Positions 26,888 through 38,346 are shown, counted from the first letter of the stretch. The stretch is DNA of 64,000 nt from an uncultured Rhodobacteraceae bacterium (GCA_913041145.1 CAJWHE010000006.1:6176-70175), one strand, 5' to 3'. Program-made: numbers and translations. The notes: generated by a model from the sequence alone, not told the origin.

Positions 26888-29098
26888 ATGATTGATGGAA
26901 TAAATTTAGAAAAAAATACTAAGATGAAAGCTAATTCGGATTTTCTTTCAACTAATTTCGCTGTTCCTGTTGTTATGAATAAGCTAGATTTATCCAGTCC
27001 AGAAAGATTTTTTAATAGAGAATTAAGTTGGTTGGACTTTAATTATAGAGTTTTGGAAGAAGCTAATAACATTAAAATACCACTCTTAGAGAGAATAAGG
27101 TTTTTATCTATTTCTGGAACAAACTTAGATGAGTTTTATAGCGTAAGAGTTGCTGGTTGGCGACAGCTATTGAAGTCAGATAGCCAACGAAAATCTGAGG
27201 ATGGAAAAAAATCTTTAGACCAACTGCGGTTAATAGATAAAAAGTGTCGTAAGTTAATCTCTTATCAAAGTGATGTGAATCGTTTGCTTATGAGAGCAAT
27301 AGAAAATGAGAATATAGCAGTTTTAGCAAATGAACAATTAACAAAGCATGATTTAGGTTTTTTGAAAAATTATTTTTTTTCTAATGTTTTTGCTGTTTTA
27401 TCACCACTAGCAATTGATCCGGCACACCCATTTCCCTTTATACCTAATTCAGGGTTAGCCTTGGCTTTGGAGTTAGAAAAAGAGAAAGATGGTAGTATTT
27501 TACGAGCACTCTTGCCGGTGCCGTCTCAAATAAATAGGTTTATAAAGTTACCCTCTGACCTCAAAAATCATAGATATCTACTATTAGATAATTTACTGCT
27601 GATGAATATAAAAAACCTTTTCCCAGGCTTTAAATTAAATGGGTATTGCACGTTTAGTGTTCTTAGGGATAGTGACATTGAAGTTGAAGAAGAAGCTGAT
27701 GATTTAGTTAGGGGATTTGAAGTTGCTTTAAAGAGACGAAGGACTGGAGAAGTGGTTCGTCTGAAAGTTTCTAAAAATGCACCGGTTGAATTGCGCTCTC
27801 TGATAATGAGCTCCCTAGATGTGAATCAGTATGAAGTTATCGAAGTTGACGGTATAATTGGTTTATCTGATTTGAAAGAGTTAGCTAATGTGCCTCGTAA
27901 AGATTTGTTATGGGCGCCTTTTTCGCCACGTATTCCTGAACGAGTTTTGGATCATGATGGTGATATATTCAAATCAATAAAGCAAAAAGACATGCTTTTG
28001 CACCACCCTTATGAAACTTTTGAAACTGTTATTAATCTTTTAAAACAAGCAGCAGCTGATCCAAATGTGGTTGCTATCAAGCAGACGCTTTATAGAACTT
28101 CCAATGAAAGTCCAATAGTAGATGCTTTGTGTCTTGCTGCCGAAAATGGGAAATCCGTGACTGCACTGGTCGAATTAAAAGCTAGGTTTGACGAAGAGGC
28201 AAATATTAGGCAAGCGCGAAAGTTGGAAAATGCGGGAGCTCATGTGATATACGGTTTTACTAAGTATAAAACGCATGCAAAAATCAGTACAGTAGTAAGG
28301 AGGGAGAGTAAAAAACTTGTCACTTACACACATTTTGGTACAGGAAACTATCATCCGATAACCGCTAAATTTTATACAGATTTAAGCTTTTTTACATGTG
28401 ACTCATCTCTAGGGAAAGATGCTACAAAGGTTTTTAATTATATTGGAGGATACGCTACTCCTGAGCATCTTGAGAATCTTAGTATTTCGCCTGTAAATTT
28501 GAAGGCAAAACTTCTCTATATGATTAATCAAGAGATTGTAAATTCTCAAGCAGGAAAACCTGGTCAGATATGGGCAAAAATGAACTCTATAATTGATCCT
28601 GAAATTATTGACTCCTTATATAGGGCATCCAAGCATGGTGTAAAAATAAGTTTGGTAATTCGAGGTATATGTGGTGTCAGGCCAGGAATAAAAGGCTTAA
28701 GTGAAAACATTAGGGTTAAGTCTATTGTCGGTCGATTCTTAGAGCATTCTCGTATAGTTTGCTTTGGAAATGGAAACTTATTACCTTCTCAAAAAGCAAA
28801 GGTATTTATCTCTTCAGCAGATTGGATGGGGCGCAATTTGGATTGGAGAGTAGAGACGCTGGTAGAAATCAAAAACCCAACAGTGAAAGCGCAGGTTGTT
28901 AGTCAAATAATGGCTGCAAACTTAGCAGATACGTCACAAAGTTGGGTGCTCTCTGGTGAAGGTGATTACATAAGGAACGTTAATTTAGATGGTGTTATGC
29001 CTTTTGATTGTCATAAATTTTTTATGGAAAACCCATCTCTTTCAGGTCGTGGTTCGGCGGGAGCTGGGGATGTCCCGAAGCTTGTAAACATTAATTAG
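26888..29098 (+). CDS. ppk: Polyphosphate kinase 1
   Basis: 736 aa. FFNRELSWLDFNYRVLEEA N-terminus and the two PLD-like HKD regions (KTHAKIS..., RFLEHSRI). Confidence 0.95.
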   Translation: MIDGINLEKNTKMKANSDFLSTNFAVPVVMNKLDLSSPERFFNRELSWLDFNYRVLEEANNIKIPLLERIRFLSISGTNLDEFYSVRVAGWRQLLKSDSQRKSEDGKKSLDQLRLIDKKCRKLISYQSDVNRLLMRAIENENIAVLANEQLTKHDLGFLKNYFFSNVFAVLSPLAIDPAHPFPFIPNSGLALALELEKEKDGSILRALLPVPSQINRFIKLPSDLKNHRYLLLDNLLLMNIKNLFPGFKLNGYCTFSVLRDSDIEVEEEADDLVRGFEVALKRRRTGEVVRLKVSKNAPVELRSLIMSSLDVNQYEVIEVDGIIGLSDLKELANVPRKDLLWAPFSPRIPERVLDHDGDIFKSIKQKDMLLHHPYETFETVINLLKQAAADPNVVAIKQTLYRTSNESPIVDALCLAAENGKSVTALVELKARFDEEANIRQARKLENAGAHVIYGFTKYKTHAKISTVVRRESKKLVTYTHFGTGNYHPITAKFYTDLSFFTCDSSLGKDATKVFNYIGGYATPEHLENLSISPVNLKAKLLYMINQEIVNSQAGKPGQIWAKMNSIIDPEIIDSLYRASKHGVKISLVIRGICGVRPGIKGLSENIRVKSIVGRFLEHSRIVCFGNGNLLPSQKAKVFISSADWMGRNLDWRVETLVEIKNPTVKAQVVSQIMAANLADTSQSWVLSGEGDYIRNVNLDGVMPFDCHKFFMENPSLSGRGSAGAGDVPKLVNIN

Positions 29099-29152
29099 TA
29101 GAGGTTTTATTAATGCGAGCAATAAGAATGCGATATTGTAGAGGTTCTGCTT

Positions 29153-30694
29153 TTGGTTGGTAAGATATCTTTGAAAAAATTAGAACTAAATAGTGCTTCA
29201 ACTAACAGCTATATGTTTTCCAGTATTAGGCAGCAGTCCTTAACAAGAGTTGGTGTAATTGATATTGGATCTAACTCTGTGCGTATGGTCGTCTTTGATG
29301 GAGCTGCACGAAGTCCAGCTTATTTTTTCAATGAAAATATCTTTTGTGGGTTAGGTAAAGGGTTAGGAAAAGGTGGTTTATTAAATTTAAAAGCAAAAGA
29401 ACGGGCATTCAGAGCACTTTCACGGTTTGCTTCACTAATAAAAAGCATGAAAATTAGTCCTGTAACATGCATAGCTACGGCGGCCGTAAGACAAGCGACA
29501 GACGGTCAAAAATTTTGTGATGATGTTTTCTTAAGGACAGGTCTAACCGTTAAGGTATTAACTGGAATAGAAGAAGCAAATTTGTCCGCCCAAGGGGTGT
29601 TTTTAGGTTGGCCTGAGGCTGATGGAGTAATGTGTGATATTGGAGGTTCATCGCTGGAACTGGCAGAAATAGGAAATGGTGTGGTTGGAAAATGTGTGTC
29701 AATCCCGTTGGGTCCATTAAATCTGATATCACTAATGTTAGATAAAAAAGCACTTAAGAAAAAAATTGATCAGGATGTGAAATATATCGGAAATTATTCA
29801 CAGTTTTCTGGAAAAGACCTTTTTTTAGTTGGAGGTTCATGGAGAGCAATTGCTCGTCTTGATATGGAAAGACGTCGATACCCTTTAAAGGTTTTGCACG
29901 AATATCGGATGACGCAAGAATCAGTGTCTGAAACGGTTAAATGGATCTTATCTAAAGATATAAAAAAACTAGGAACGGTGTCTGGTCTCTCAAAGTCTAG
30001 ACTTAGGTTGGTTCCAATAGCAGCCCGTATTTTAAGGTCTCTTATAAGAGAATTAAAACCCCGATCTATTTTTCTTTCTAGTTATGGTATTAGAGAGGGG
30101 CTTTTGTATGAGCAGATGCCATATAAACTTAAACGACTTGATCCTTTGCTAGAAGCCTGCCGCTTGGATGAAGAACAGAATGCCAGGTTTCCTGGGTTTG
30201 GCTCCGAATTATATAGATTTATTAAACCAATTTTTAAAGACGTATCTAATGAGCGGATAAGGTTAATAAAATCTGCGTGTTTACTTCATGATGTGAACTG
30301 GAGAGCGCATCCAGATTATAGAGCAGAAGTGTGTTTTGACAATGCTACGAGAGCAAATCTGGGCGGCTTGACTCATATGGAGCGTATTTTTCTGGGGGTC
30401 TCTTTGCTCCATCGTTATAAGGATAGCCGTAAGTATACAAACTACCAAAAAGTACTAAGCCTTCTAAGTGGTGACGAGTTAAGAGAGGCTGAAATCTTGG
30501 GGAAAGCCATGCGTTTTGGTGCAACGTTTTCTAGGTTGGGTGAGCATATTCCAGCTAAGCTTGATTGGGATCAAAAGCAAAAACTAGTTAAATTAACACT
30601 TAAAACGAAAAGTAAGCCATTATATGGTGAGATTGTTGCTAAAAGGTTTTCGTCACTTGCTAAGGCCTTGGGAGCTGTGGCTGAAGTAATTTAA
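29153..30694 (+). CDS. ppx: Exopolyphosphatase (Ppx/GppA family)
   Basis: 513 aa. VIDIGSNSVRMVVF and DIGGSSLEL are actin-fold phosphatase motifs. The likely true start is ATG 29213 (MFSSIRQQ...). Confidence 0.9.
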   Translation: MVGKISLKKLELNSASTNSYMFSSIRQQSLTRVGVIDIGSNSVRMVVFDGAARSPAYFFNENIFCGLGKGLGKGGLLNLKAKERAFRALSRFASLIKSMKISPVTCIATAAVRQATDGQKFCDDVFLRTGLTVKVLTGIEEANLSAQGVFLGWPEADGVMCDIGGSSLELAEIGNGVVGKCVSIPLGPLNLISLMLDKKALKKKIDQDVKYIGNYSQFSGKDLFLVGGSWRAIARLDMERRRYPLKVLHEYRMTQESVSETVKWILSKDIKKLGTVSGLSKSRLRLVPIAARILRSLIRELKPRSIFLSSYGIREGLLYEQMPYKLKRLDPLLEACRLDEEQNARFPGFGSELYRFIKPIFKDVSNERIRLIKSACLLHDVNWRAHPDYRAEVCFDNATRANLGGLTHMERIFLGVSLLHRYKDSRKYTNYQKVLSLLSGDELREAEILGKAMRFGATFSRLGEHIPAKLDWDQKQKLVKLTLKTKSKPLYGEIVAKRFSSLAKALGAVAEVI

Positions 30695-30784
30695 ACAAAA
30701 GGATCAATAATTAATTTAGTGATCTTGGCAATAGGCTAGGTTTAGCTTAAGCCATTGATAGTAATTAAACTGCGAGTTATTAGT

Positions 30785-32122
30785 ATGCGATTAACCAAAT
30801 ATTTTATACCGGTATTAAAAGAAACTCCGTCAGAAGCTCAAATCGTGAGTCATCGTTATATGCTTAGAGCGGGGATGATCAAGCAATCTAGTGCTGGTAT
30901 ATATTCCTGGCTTCCATTGGGGTTTAAAGTACTTCAAAAAATTGAAAAAATTGTTCACGAAGAACAAGTTATGGCAGGTCATATTCCAATGTTAATGCCG
31001 ACACTACAGGCAGCTGATTTATGGAAAGAAAGTGGAAGGTACGAAGACTACGGTGAAGAGATGCTTAGAGTAACTGATCGACATGGTCGAGATATGTTGT
31101 ATGGGCCGACTAATGAAGAGTTAATTACTGACATATTCAGGTCACACGTTACCAGCTACAAAGATTTACCCTTAACACTTTATCATATTCAATGGAAGTT
31201 TAGAGATGAAATTCGACCTCGATTTGGTGTCATGCGAGGTCGAGAATTTTATATGAAAGATGGTTATAATTTTGACCTCGACTATGAAGGAGCAATGCAC
31301 TCATATAATCGACATATGATAAGTTATTTAAGGTCATTTGAGAGAATGGGATTAAAGGCAATTCCAATGAGAGCAGATAGTGGTCCTATTGGGGGAGATG
31401 ATACTCACGAATTCTTAGTTTTAGCAGAAACTGGGGAAAGTGAAGTTTTTTATGATGATCGAATTCTAGATTTAGCATTTGGTAATAAAGAGGTTAACTA
31501 TGAGCAAAGAAATGAGTGTGCAGGTTTAGTTGAAAATTGGACTAAGCCATATGCAAGGACTAAAGAAACCCATGATGAAACTTTGTTTAACTTGGTTTCA
31601 GAAGAACATAGGAAAGAATCTCGGGCAATAGAAGTTGGACAAATTTTCTATTTTGGAACAAAATACTCGGATTCAATGAATGCTAAAGTTCAGAATGATA
31701 AAGGAGAAAACGTATCGGTTCACATGGGAAGTCACGGTATTGGAGTATCTCGTTTAGTTGGTGCGATAATCGAGGCTAATCATGATGAAAAGGGTATAAT
31801 TTGGCCTGAAGGTGTGACTCCATTCCATTGCGGATTAATAAATCTTAGGCAAGGAGATGATGAAACAGATTTAGCGTGTGAAAAAATTTATAAAAGTTTA
31901 AAACTTGTTGGGTTAGATGTATTATATGATGACCGAGCAGAGCGCGCTGGTGGAAAATTTGCTACCATGGATCTTTTAGGGTTACCTTGGAGAATAACAG
32001 TAGGACCGCGAGGATTAAAAAATAATGTTGTCGAGCTGGTCAGTAGACGTACTGGAGCAAGTGAAGAGGTGTCAATAGACCAAGTTTCAAAAAGGTTAGC
32101 TGTAATTTATGGGCTAGTATGA
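30785..32122 (+). CDS. proS: Proline--tRNA ligase (short form lacking the INS editing domain)
   Basis: [32 protein letters not shown] is the canonical ProRS N-terminus. Class II motifs [17 protein letters not shown] and GSHGIGVSR are present. The track ORF begins upstream at 30755. Confidence 0.95.
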   Translation: MRLTKYFIPVLKETPSEAQIVSHRYMLRAGMIKQSSAGIYSWLPLGFKVLQKIEKIVHEEQVMAGHIPMLMPTLQAADLWKESGRYEDYGEEMLRVTDRHGRDMLYGPTNEELITDIFRSHVTSYKDLPLTLYHIQWKFRDEIRPRFGVMRGREFYMKDGYNFDLDYEGAMHSYNRHMISYLRSFERMGLKAIPMRADSGPIGGDDTHEFLVLAETGESEVFYDDRILDLAFGNKEVNYEQRNECAGLVENWTKPYARTKETHDETLFNLVSEEHRKESRAIEVGQIFYFGTKYSDSMNAKVQNDKGENVSVHMGSHGIGVSRLVGAIIEANHDEKGIIWPEGVTPFHCGLINLRQGDDETDLACEKIYKSLKLVGLDVLYDDRAERAGGKFATMDLLGLPWRITVGPRGLKNNVVELVSRRTGASEEVSIDQVSKRLAVIYGLV

Positions 32123-32207
32123 TAATCTAAGGACTCAATAACTTCTATTTAATCGCCTTTTAAAATTTTTAGGTAATTTTTTGTCAATTTGAAGATAGGC
32201 TAAATGA

Positions 32208-33479
32208 ATGTTTTTTTCAAATTTTGAATTTCTAATTGCATGGCGTTACCTTCGAGCAAAGCGCTCCGATGGTGGGATAAGTGCGATGACCTGGATTAGT
32301 TTAATTGGTATTACTCTCGCTGTGATGGCTCTAATCGTAACATTAGCGGTTAGATCAGGTTTTAGGCATGAGTTTGTTGAAAGTATCTTAGGAGCGAATG
32401 CTCACATTACCTTATACACTTCTGGTGAAATGGGTTCTTCTGGAACTTATTCAAGGGGAATAGAAAACTATGAATTAATTTCAGAAAAGCTTAATGGCTT
32501 TGATAGTGTTTTGAATGCAGCGCCCCTGGTAAAAAGTCAGCTGATGGCATCAAGAAACGGTAGGAATGTAGGTGTAGAGGTTTTCGGAATTCAGAAGAAA
32601 GACCTTATGTTTGCCAAGAAAGTTATTGAACCTGAGAAATCTTATGGTGATTTAGAAAATTTTTCTGATGGATTGGCGCTTGGGTTGGGTGTAGCTAGAG
32701 AACTAGGAGTATTTGTTGGAGATAAAGTCCAACTGACCTCTCCAGACGGGTTAAAGACTGCTTTTGGGACGAGTCCAAGAATTTCCCTTTTTGAGGTGGT
32801 TTATATCTTCCAGGTTGGGAGATACGATATTGATCGGACCCGTGTTTATATGCCTTTCAAAGAGGCACAGGCTTTTTTAAACCGAGAAAATTTTGCTGAC
32901 GAGGTGGAGATAACTTTATTCAAACCTGAAACGATTAAAGATGAGTTATTAAAAAAAATAAATGGTACGTTCCCACAGCTGTCGTATTGGACTTGGAAAG
33001 ACAGTTCTGGTGCATTTCTGCAAGCTCTTGAGATGGAAGATAATGTCATGTTTTTGATTTTATCAATTTTAGTTTTAATTGCATCTATGAATATTGTATC
33101 TGGTTTAATTATGTTGGTTAAAAATAAAGGTAGAGATATAGGTGTTTTGCGCACTTTGGGTGTCAGCCAAAATTCAATATTAAAGATTTTTTTCCTTTGT
33201 GGTGCTTCTGTTGGGCTAGTTGGCACGTTGTTCGGATTAGTATTTGGATGTTTAATCACTTTTTATATTGAACCAATTTTTGATTTATTAGACTACCTTC
33301 TTGGCGGTGGAGTTTGGGACCCGTCTGTTAGATACTTATCCAGGTTACCTGCTCGATTAGAATTTACAGATGTAATTTCAGCTGTTTGTTTGTCACTGTT
33401 TCTGAGTTTTACAGTAACAATTTTCCCAGCTCGTCGTGCATCAAAAATGAATCCAGTTGAGGCTTTGAGGTATGAGTAG
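32208..33479 (+). CDS. lolE: Lipoprotein-releasing ABC transporter permease (LolC/LolE family)
   Basis: 423 aa. FEFLIAWRYLRAKR N-terminus, MacB-like periplasmic domain, C-terminal FtsX domain ending NPVEALRYE. Confidence 0.85.
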   Translation: MFFSNFEFLIAWRYLRAKRSDGGISAMTWISLIGITLAVMALIVTLAVRSGFRHEFVESILGANAHITLYTSGEMGSSGTYSRGIENYELISEKLNGFDSVLNAAPLVKSQLMASRNGRNVGVEVFGIQKKDLMFAKKVIEPEKSYGDLENFSDGLALGLGVARELGVFVGDKVQLTSPDGLKTAFGTSPRISLFEVVYIFQVGRYDIDRTRVYMPFKEAQAFLNRENFADEVEITLFKPETIKDELLKKINGTFPQLSYWTWKDSSGAFLQALEMEDNVMFLILSILVLIASMNIVSGLIMLVKNKGRDIGVLRTLGVSQNSILKIFFLCGASVGLVGTLFGLVFGCLITFYIEPIFDLLDYLLGGGVWDPSVRYLSRLPARLEFTDVISAVCLSLFLSFTVTIFPARRASKMNPVEALRYE

Positions 33480-34152
33480 TGAGGTATTAACCCTATCAGA
33501 CATATGCAAAAGTTATCATAAGGGGACATCAAGAGAAGTAAGCGTTTTAAATGGAACCAATTTTTCTGTAAGCTCGGGAGAAATTGTTGCTTTGGTAGCA
33601 CCATCAGGAGCAGGGAAGTCAACACTTTTACATATTGCTGGTTTACTAGATGAAGCTGATTCAGGAAATGTATTTTTGGCTGGAGAGAATGTAACTGGAA
33701 AATCTGATAGCTTTCGGACCAGTATGCGAAGAAATCAAATTGGCTTTATTTACCAATCACATCACCTCCTGCCTGAGTTTAGTGCCCTTGAAAATATTGT
33801 ACTTCCGCAGTTAGTTTCCGGTATGCCCAAGGAAGAAGCTACTTCAAGAGCAAATAAGTTACTTGAGAAAGTAGGAATTCTTTCCCGTAGAGATCATAGA
33901 CCCGGCACACTTTCTGGAGGAGAACAACAGCGGGTTGCATTTTGTAGAGCGATAGCTAACCAACCTGACTTGTTACTGGCTGATGAACCAACTGGAAACC
34001 TAGACCCTGAAACTGCTGAAAATGTTTTTAATACTTTAATAGAGTTAACTCGCGAAACCGGTTTGGCAGCTCTTGTTGCAACGCACAACTTAGATTTAGC
34101 CCACCGCATGGATCGGGTTGTTCATCTAGAGCGAGGGCTAATCATAAGTTAG
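33472..34152 (+). CDS. lolD: Lipoprotein-releasing ABC transporter ATP-binding protein
   Basis: 226 aa. Walker A APSGAGKST, signature LSGGEQQRV, Walker B LLLADEPTGNLD. Overlaps lolE by 8 nt. Confidence 0.9.
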   Translation: MSSEVLTLSDICKSYHKGTSREVSVLNGTNFSVSSGEIVALVAPSGAGKSTLLHIAGLLDEADSGNVFLAGENVTGKSDSFRTSMRRNQIGFIYQSHHLLPEFSALENIVLPQLVSGMPKEEATSRANKLLEKVGILSRRDHRPGTLSGGEQQRVAFCRAIANQPDLLLADEPTGNLDPETAENVFNTLIELTRETGLAALVATHNLDLAHRMDRVVHLERGLIIS

Positions 34153-34178
34153 AGTTGAGGGCGAAATTAGTTAGAATT

Positions 34179-35120
34179 TTATGTAATTTGTTGTTCGAAA
34201 AAGTCCCCAATTAGGTTTACAGTTTGATCACGGACCTTCTTAACTTCCATTATTAACTCGTGTTTTGCATTCTGAACAGTTACTAATTTTCCTATATCCC
34301 ACTCAGATATCCTTTTTCTAATTGCTAACGTATCTATTATAGTTTCATTTGACCCTACTAGGACTAAGCTAGGTACTGGGGGTGCGATTATTTTGGCTAA
34401 CCTCTCGCATTCTTTCAAGGTCTCATACATCCATCCAAGAGTAGGACTACCAAGCATAAGTTCCGGGTAACTATTAAGTTGATTTTTAATCCTGCCATAC
34501 ATGTTTTTTGAGTTTGTTAGGACATTTTTTTCAAATGGAGTATATAAAACATAGTTTTCTGTTCGACCACCTGGGACCACTTTAGTTGATAAAGGCCCCA
34601 TTTTTGCTAGGGGTGCTACAATTTTTGACAGCAGCTTTGCTAATGGTGAAATTGATAGGCCCCACATAGGGCTTGTGAAAACAGCCGCTTTAAAAGGTAA
34701 CTCATTTACTAAACTTCGCATAGCAATGCATCCCCCCATTGAGTGAGAAAGAAGATAAAGGGGTTCGGGTAATTTTAAAGAATGGAATGCTTTAATTGTA
34801 GCCATTACATCTTTTTGATAATCTGAATATTTTTTTATATGACCAATTGATCTATTTTTCAGTAATCTATCAGAAAGTCCTTGTCCTCTCCAATCTATTG
34901 CAAGTACTGAGTAACCCCTTTTTTCTAATAATTCTGCAGCGACACCATATTTTTCAATAAACTCACCTCTTCCTGGAAAAATTACAACAGTTCCTTTAGT
35001 TCCTGACTTCCAGATACCTAAGCGAATTTTTATATTGTCTTCGGTTACAAGCCATTTGGCCGCCCCCCTGGAGGGGCCCATAGATACTTTTGAAAAAAAT
35101 GGCGCATCTGACAATATCAA
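34179..35120 (-). CDS. Alpha/beta hydrolase (lysophospholipase / monoacylglycerol lipase-like)
   Basis: 313 aa. Nucleophile elbow LLSHSMGG and HG-type oxyanion region VIFPGRGEFIEKY. Confidence 0.75.
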   Translation of the reverse strand: MILSDAPFFSKVSMGPSRGAAKWLVTEDNIKIRLGIWKSGTKGTVVIFPGRGEFIEKYGVAAELLEKRGYSVLAIDWRGQGLSDRLLKNRSIGHIKKYSDYQKDVMATIKAFHSLKLPEPLYLLSHSMGGCIAMRSLVNELPFKAAVFTSPMWGLSISPLAKLLSKIVAPLAKMGPLSTKVVPGGRTENYVLYTPFEKNVLTNSKNMYGRIKNQLNSYPELMLGSPTLGWMYETLKECERLAKIIAPPVPSLVLVGSNETIIDTLAIRKRISEWDIGKLVTVQNAKHELIMEVKKVRDQTVNLIGDFFEQQIT

Positions 35121-35404
35121 GAGAGAAAGGACCCTAGTTTCATAATTGGTGCAATATTACCGTTTATAGTTAATTTTTTTGAAAGGATTGCTACTTGTAC
35201 TTTTGTTTTTCCATCCAATATTGATTTAAATGTTTTTTCGGTGGCTGTCACGGTGCATTCTGCTGCTTCATCAGACCTGCGTACCCCTAAATGATCAATT
35301 ATTATTGATCCTTCTCCCAAAATATGTATTTTGACAGTATCTTTAAAGCCATTTTTGAGCTTTTTAGTTAATTTCTGTATGGCGCGATCAATAGTGGATT
35401 CCAT
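35117..35404 (-). CDS. SCP2 sterol/lipid-carrier domain protein
   Basis: 95 aa. The C-terminal ILDGKTKVQVAILSKKLTINGNIAPIMKLGSFL matches the SCP2 pattern. A 4-nt ATGA overlap joins it to the downstream hydrolase gene. Confidence 0.65.
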   Translation of the reverse strand: MESTIDRAIQKLTKKLKNGFKDTVKIHILGEGSIIIDHLGVRRSDEAAECTVTATEKTFKSILDGKTKVQVAILSKKLTINGNIAPIMKLGSFLS

Positions 35405-35631
35405 ATTTTGATACCATAATAATTATACGATAGTTTTATCTCTACTATTTACAGGTAATAATCAAATAGGAATTAACGTTTGGCAGAAAATTAGATAAGT
35501 ATGTAGTAATTTAATAAAAAAAGCTTCTATAAGCCATCTATCTTATTTATTTCTCTTATTTTAACTACTGATGACAAAATAAAGCTATATAATTTATTGT
35601 ACTAAAGTAAAATTTGGATAGATAACCTGAT

Positions 35632-38346
35632 ATGAAAAAAACTCCGTCTGTTATAGCAGTTCTTGGACCTACGAACACTGGTAAAACTTTCTATGCGATT
35701 GATAGAATGCTATCATACAAAAGTGGTATAATAGGTCTTCCTTTACGACTTCTAGCAAGAGAAGTTTATGATAAAATAACTCATTTACGTGGAAAAGAAG
35801 TCGTTGCGTTGGTTACAGGCGAAGAGAGAATTATCCCGTTAAACCCAAAATATTGGGTCTGCACAGCTGAGTCTATGCCAACACAGTTAGAAGTTGAGTT
35901 TGTGGCAGTTGATGAAATTCAACTTTGTACTGATGCAGAACGAGGTTACATTTTTACAGAAAGGCTTTTGCACTCTAGGGGAATTTTCGAGACACTATTT
36001 ATGGGTTCAGATACAATGCAAAGCATTATTAAATCAATAGTACCTGAGGCACAATTTGTAAAACGAGAGCGCTTTTCGACTTTGACACATGCTGGGTCTA
36101 AGAAACTTAACCGACTTCAACCTCGATCTGCGGTTATTGGTTTTTCTGCGGAGAAAGTTTATTCGATAGCAGAACTTATTAGGAGTTATAAAGGTGGATG
36201 TGCGGTTGTCTTGGGAGCCTTAAGTCCGCGGACACGAAACTCTCAAGTTGAAATGTATCAAAATGGTGATGTTGGGTTTCTTGTAGCCACAGATGCAATA
36301 GGAATGGGATTAAACCTAGATGTGTCCCACATTGCTTTTTCTGGTTTGACAAAATTTGATGGTCGAAGAGTTAGGCGCTTGGCACCAAACGAGTTGGCTC
36401 AAATTGCTGGCAGAGCTGGACGATATATGAATCCAGGAACATTTGGTACAACGGGAGATTCTGATACATTAGAGGATCACGTAATTGAGGCGATCCAAGA
36501 ATCTCGTTTTCCCTCCATAAAAAAACTACAATGGAGAAATAATAAACTTGAGTTTAACTCAATTCAAGACCTTGTAGGATCCTTAGAACTCCAAACGAAT
36601 AATCAGTGGTTATCGCGTACACAGCAAACAATTGACCTAACTTCTCTAAAACTTTTAAACGAGGTCTCCACAATTGAACAACAACTTAAGAGTGTTCCTG
36701 ATGTTAAACTTTTATGGGAAATTTGTAGACTGCCAGATTTTAGAGATATTACAATAGAAGAACATATTAACTTGTTGCAACAGATATTTGAATTTAGGCG
36801 TGAGGGAGGACTAATACCTTCTAATTGGCTTCATAAACAGATATCTCGGATCGATCGTACTGATGGTGACATAGATGCCTTGTCAAGGCGTCTCGCCTTT
36901 ATACGTACTTGGACATATGTTTCGGAGTGTAACAGTTGGGTAGATGAAGAAAACTATTGGAGAGAGCGCACTAGAGAGGTAGAAGATAAATTATCAGATG
37001 CTTTGCATGAATCATTAACTAAAAGATTTGTTGACCGACGTACTAGTATTTTACTAAAGAAGTTAAAAGGTAGGGAGACTATATTGGCTAAAGTGAGTGA
37101 GTTTGGAGAAGTTACCATTGAGGGTGAGGTTATTGGTTCACTTGATGGTTTTAGGTTTAAGCAAGATAAATCTTCTTCGAGTGAAGAGAGCAAAGCATTG
37201 CGGCAATCAGCGGTTGTAGCGTTAGAGCCTCATATAACTTTGAGAGCTGAGAAACTATATAATGCTCCGGATTCAGATTTGCACATAACTAATCAAGGTA
37301 AAATTACTTGGGGTGCTATGGTTATAGGAAAATTAGTTAGAGGTTCAGAGACTTTAAACCCGAGTGTTGATGCTTTTGTAGATCAAGAAATAACAATTGA
37401 CCTAAAAAATAAAATCTTGAGAAGATTACAACATTTTATTGATAGAAAAATAGCTTCAAGCTTTGAAAAATTAATAGGTATGTCAAAAGATGATGAGCTC
37501 GTTGGAACAGCTAAGGGCTTTGCCTTTAGGTTAGTAGAGAACCTTGGTGTGATATCTCGTGATAGTGTTCAAAGTGAGGTAAAGGCCCTTGATCAAGACC
37601 AGAGAGCCAAGTTAAGAAAACATGGTGTGAGATTTGGTCAATTTACGATTTTTATGCCGATACTATTAAAGCCAGCCGCTACACAACTAAAGTTAACTTT
37701 AAACTCTTTATTCTCAGGATTAAATGAATTTCCCCAGGCTCCTACACCGGGCTTAGTTACTATTCCAAGTATCGAGGGCCCAGTGTCTGACTACTATAAT
37801 AATGCAGGGTACCGGTTATGCGGTGATCGGGCTATCAGAATTGATATGCTCGAAAGACTAGCGGATCTTTTAAGGGAGAGGGATAGTCGTCGAGGCTTTG
37901 AAGCTCAGCCTGAAATGTTATCAATTACGGGAACATCACTTGAGCAATTTGCAAACCTTATGGCAGGTTTGGGGTATAATGTAGAAAAAGGTGAACGAAA
38001 CAAAATAACTGATAAAGTATTAGCTATTGAATTGAGCGATAAGAAAAATACTGATGATATTTCTGTTTCAGCAAAGCCAGATGAACAAGACACTGCAGAC
38101 AAGTTGGAGCCTGACGGTACTTTAGTAGAGGATTTTTATACATTTAAATGGATAAATGAAAAAGCTGATACTAAAAAAAGATATCCTAAAGTGAAACAAG
38201 AAACATACAAAAAAATAGATGTAGATACAAAAAAAGGTAAACCAATTAATAAAAAAATTAAAAAAACTTATCAAAAAGAGGAAAAAAAGATAGATCCGGA
38301 CAATCCGTTTGCTGTTGCTCTAAAGGGGTTAAAGGAACAGGGTTAA
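35632..38346 (+). CDS. SF2 helicase-related protein (Suv3-like ATP-dependent RNA helicase) with a long C-terminal extension and lysine-rich tail
   Basis: 904 aa. Walker A GPTNTGKT, DEIQ box, VATDAIGMGLNL, QIAGRAGR. The Lys-rich C-terminus reads KKGKPINKKIKKTYQKEEKK. Confidence 0.8.
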   Translation: MKKTPSVIAVLGPTNTGKTFYAIDRMLSYKSGIIGLPLRLLAREVYDKITHLRGKEVVALVTGEERIIPLNPKYWVCTAESMPTQLEVEFVAVDEIQLCTDAERGYIFTERLLHSRGIFETLFMGSDTMQSIIKSIVPEAQFVKRERFSTLTHAGSKKLNRLQPRSAVIGFSAEKVYSIAELIRSYKGGCAVVLGALSPRTRNSQVEMYQNGDVGFLVATDAIGMGLNLDVSHIAFSGLTKFDGRRVRRLAPNELAQIAGRAGRYMNPGTFGTTGDSDTLEDHVIEAIQESRFPSIKKLQWRNNKLEFNSIQDLVGSLELQTNNQWLSRTQQTIDLTSLKLLNEVSTIEQQLKSVPDVKLLWEICRLPDFRDITIEEHINLLQQIFEFRREGGLIPSNWLHKQISRIDRTDGDIDALSRRLAFIRTWTYVSECNSWVDEENYWRERTREVEDKLSDALHESLTKRFVDRRTSILLKKLKGRETILAKVSEFGEVTIEGEVIGSLDGFRFKQDKSSSSEESKALRQSAVVALEPHITLRAEKLYNAPDSDLHITNQGKITWGAMVIGKLVRGSETLNPSVDAFVDQEITIDLKNKILRRLQHFIDRKIASSFEKLIGMSKDDELVGTAKGFAFRLVENLGVISRDSVQSEVKALDQDQRAKLRKHGVRFGQFTIFMPILLKPAATQLKLTLNSLFSGLNEFPQAPTPGLVTIPSIEGPVSDYYNNAGYRLCGDRAIRIDMLERLADLLRERDSRRGFEAQPEMLSITGTSLEQFANLMAGLGYNVEKGERNKITDKVLAIELSDKKNTDDISVSAKPDEQDTADKLEPDGTLVEDFYTFKWINEKADTKKRYPKVKQETYKKIDVDTKKGKPINKKIKKTYQKEEKKIDPDNPFAVALKGLKEQG

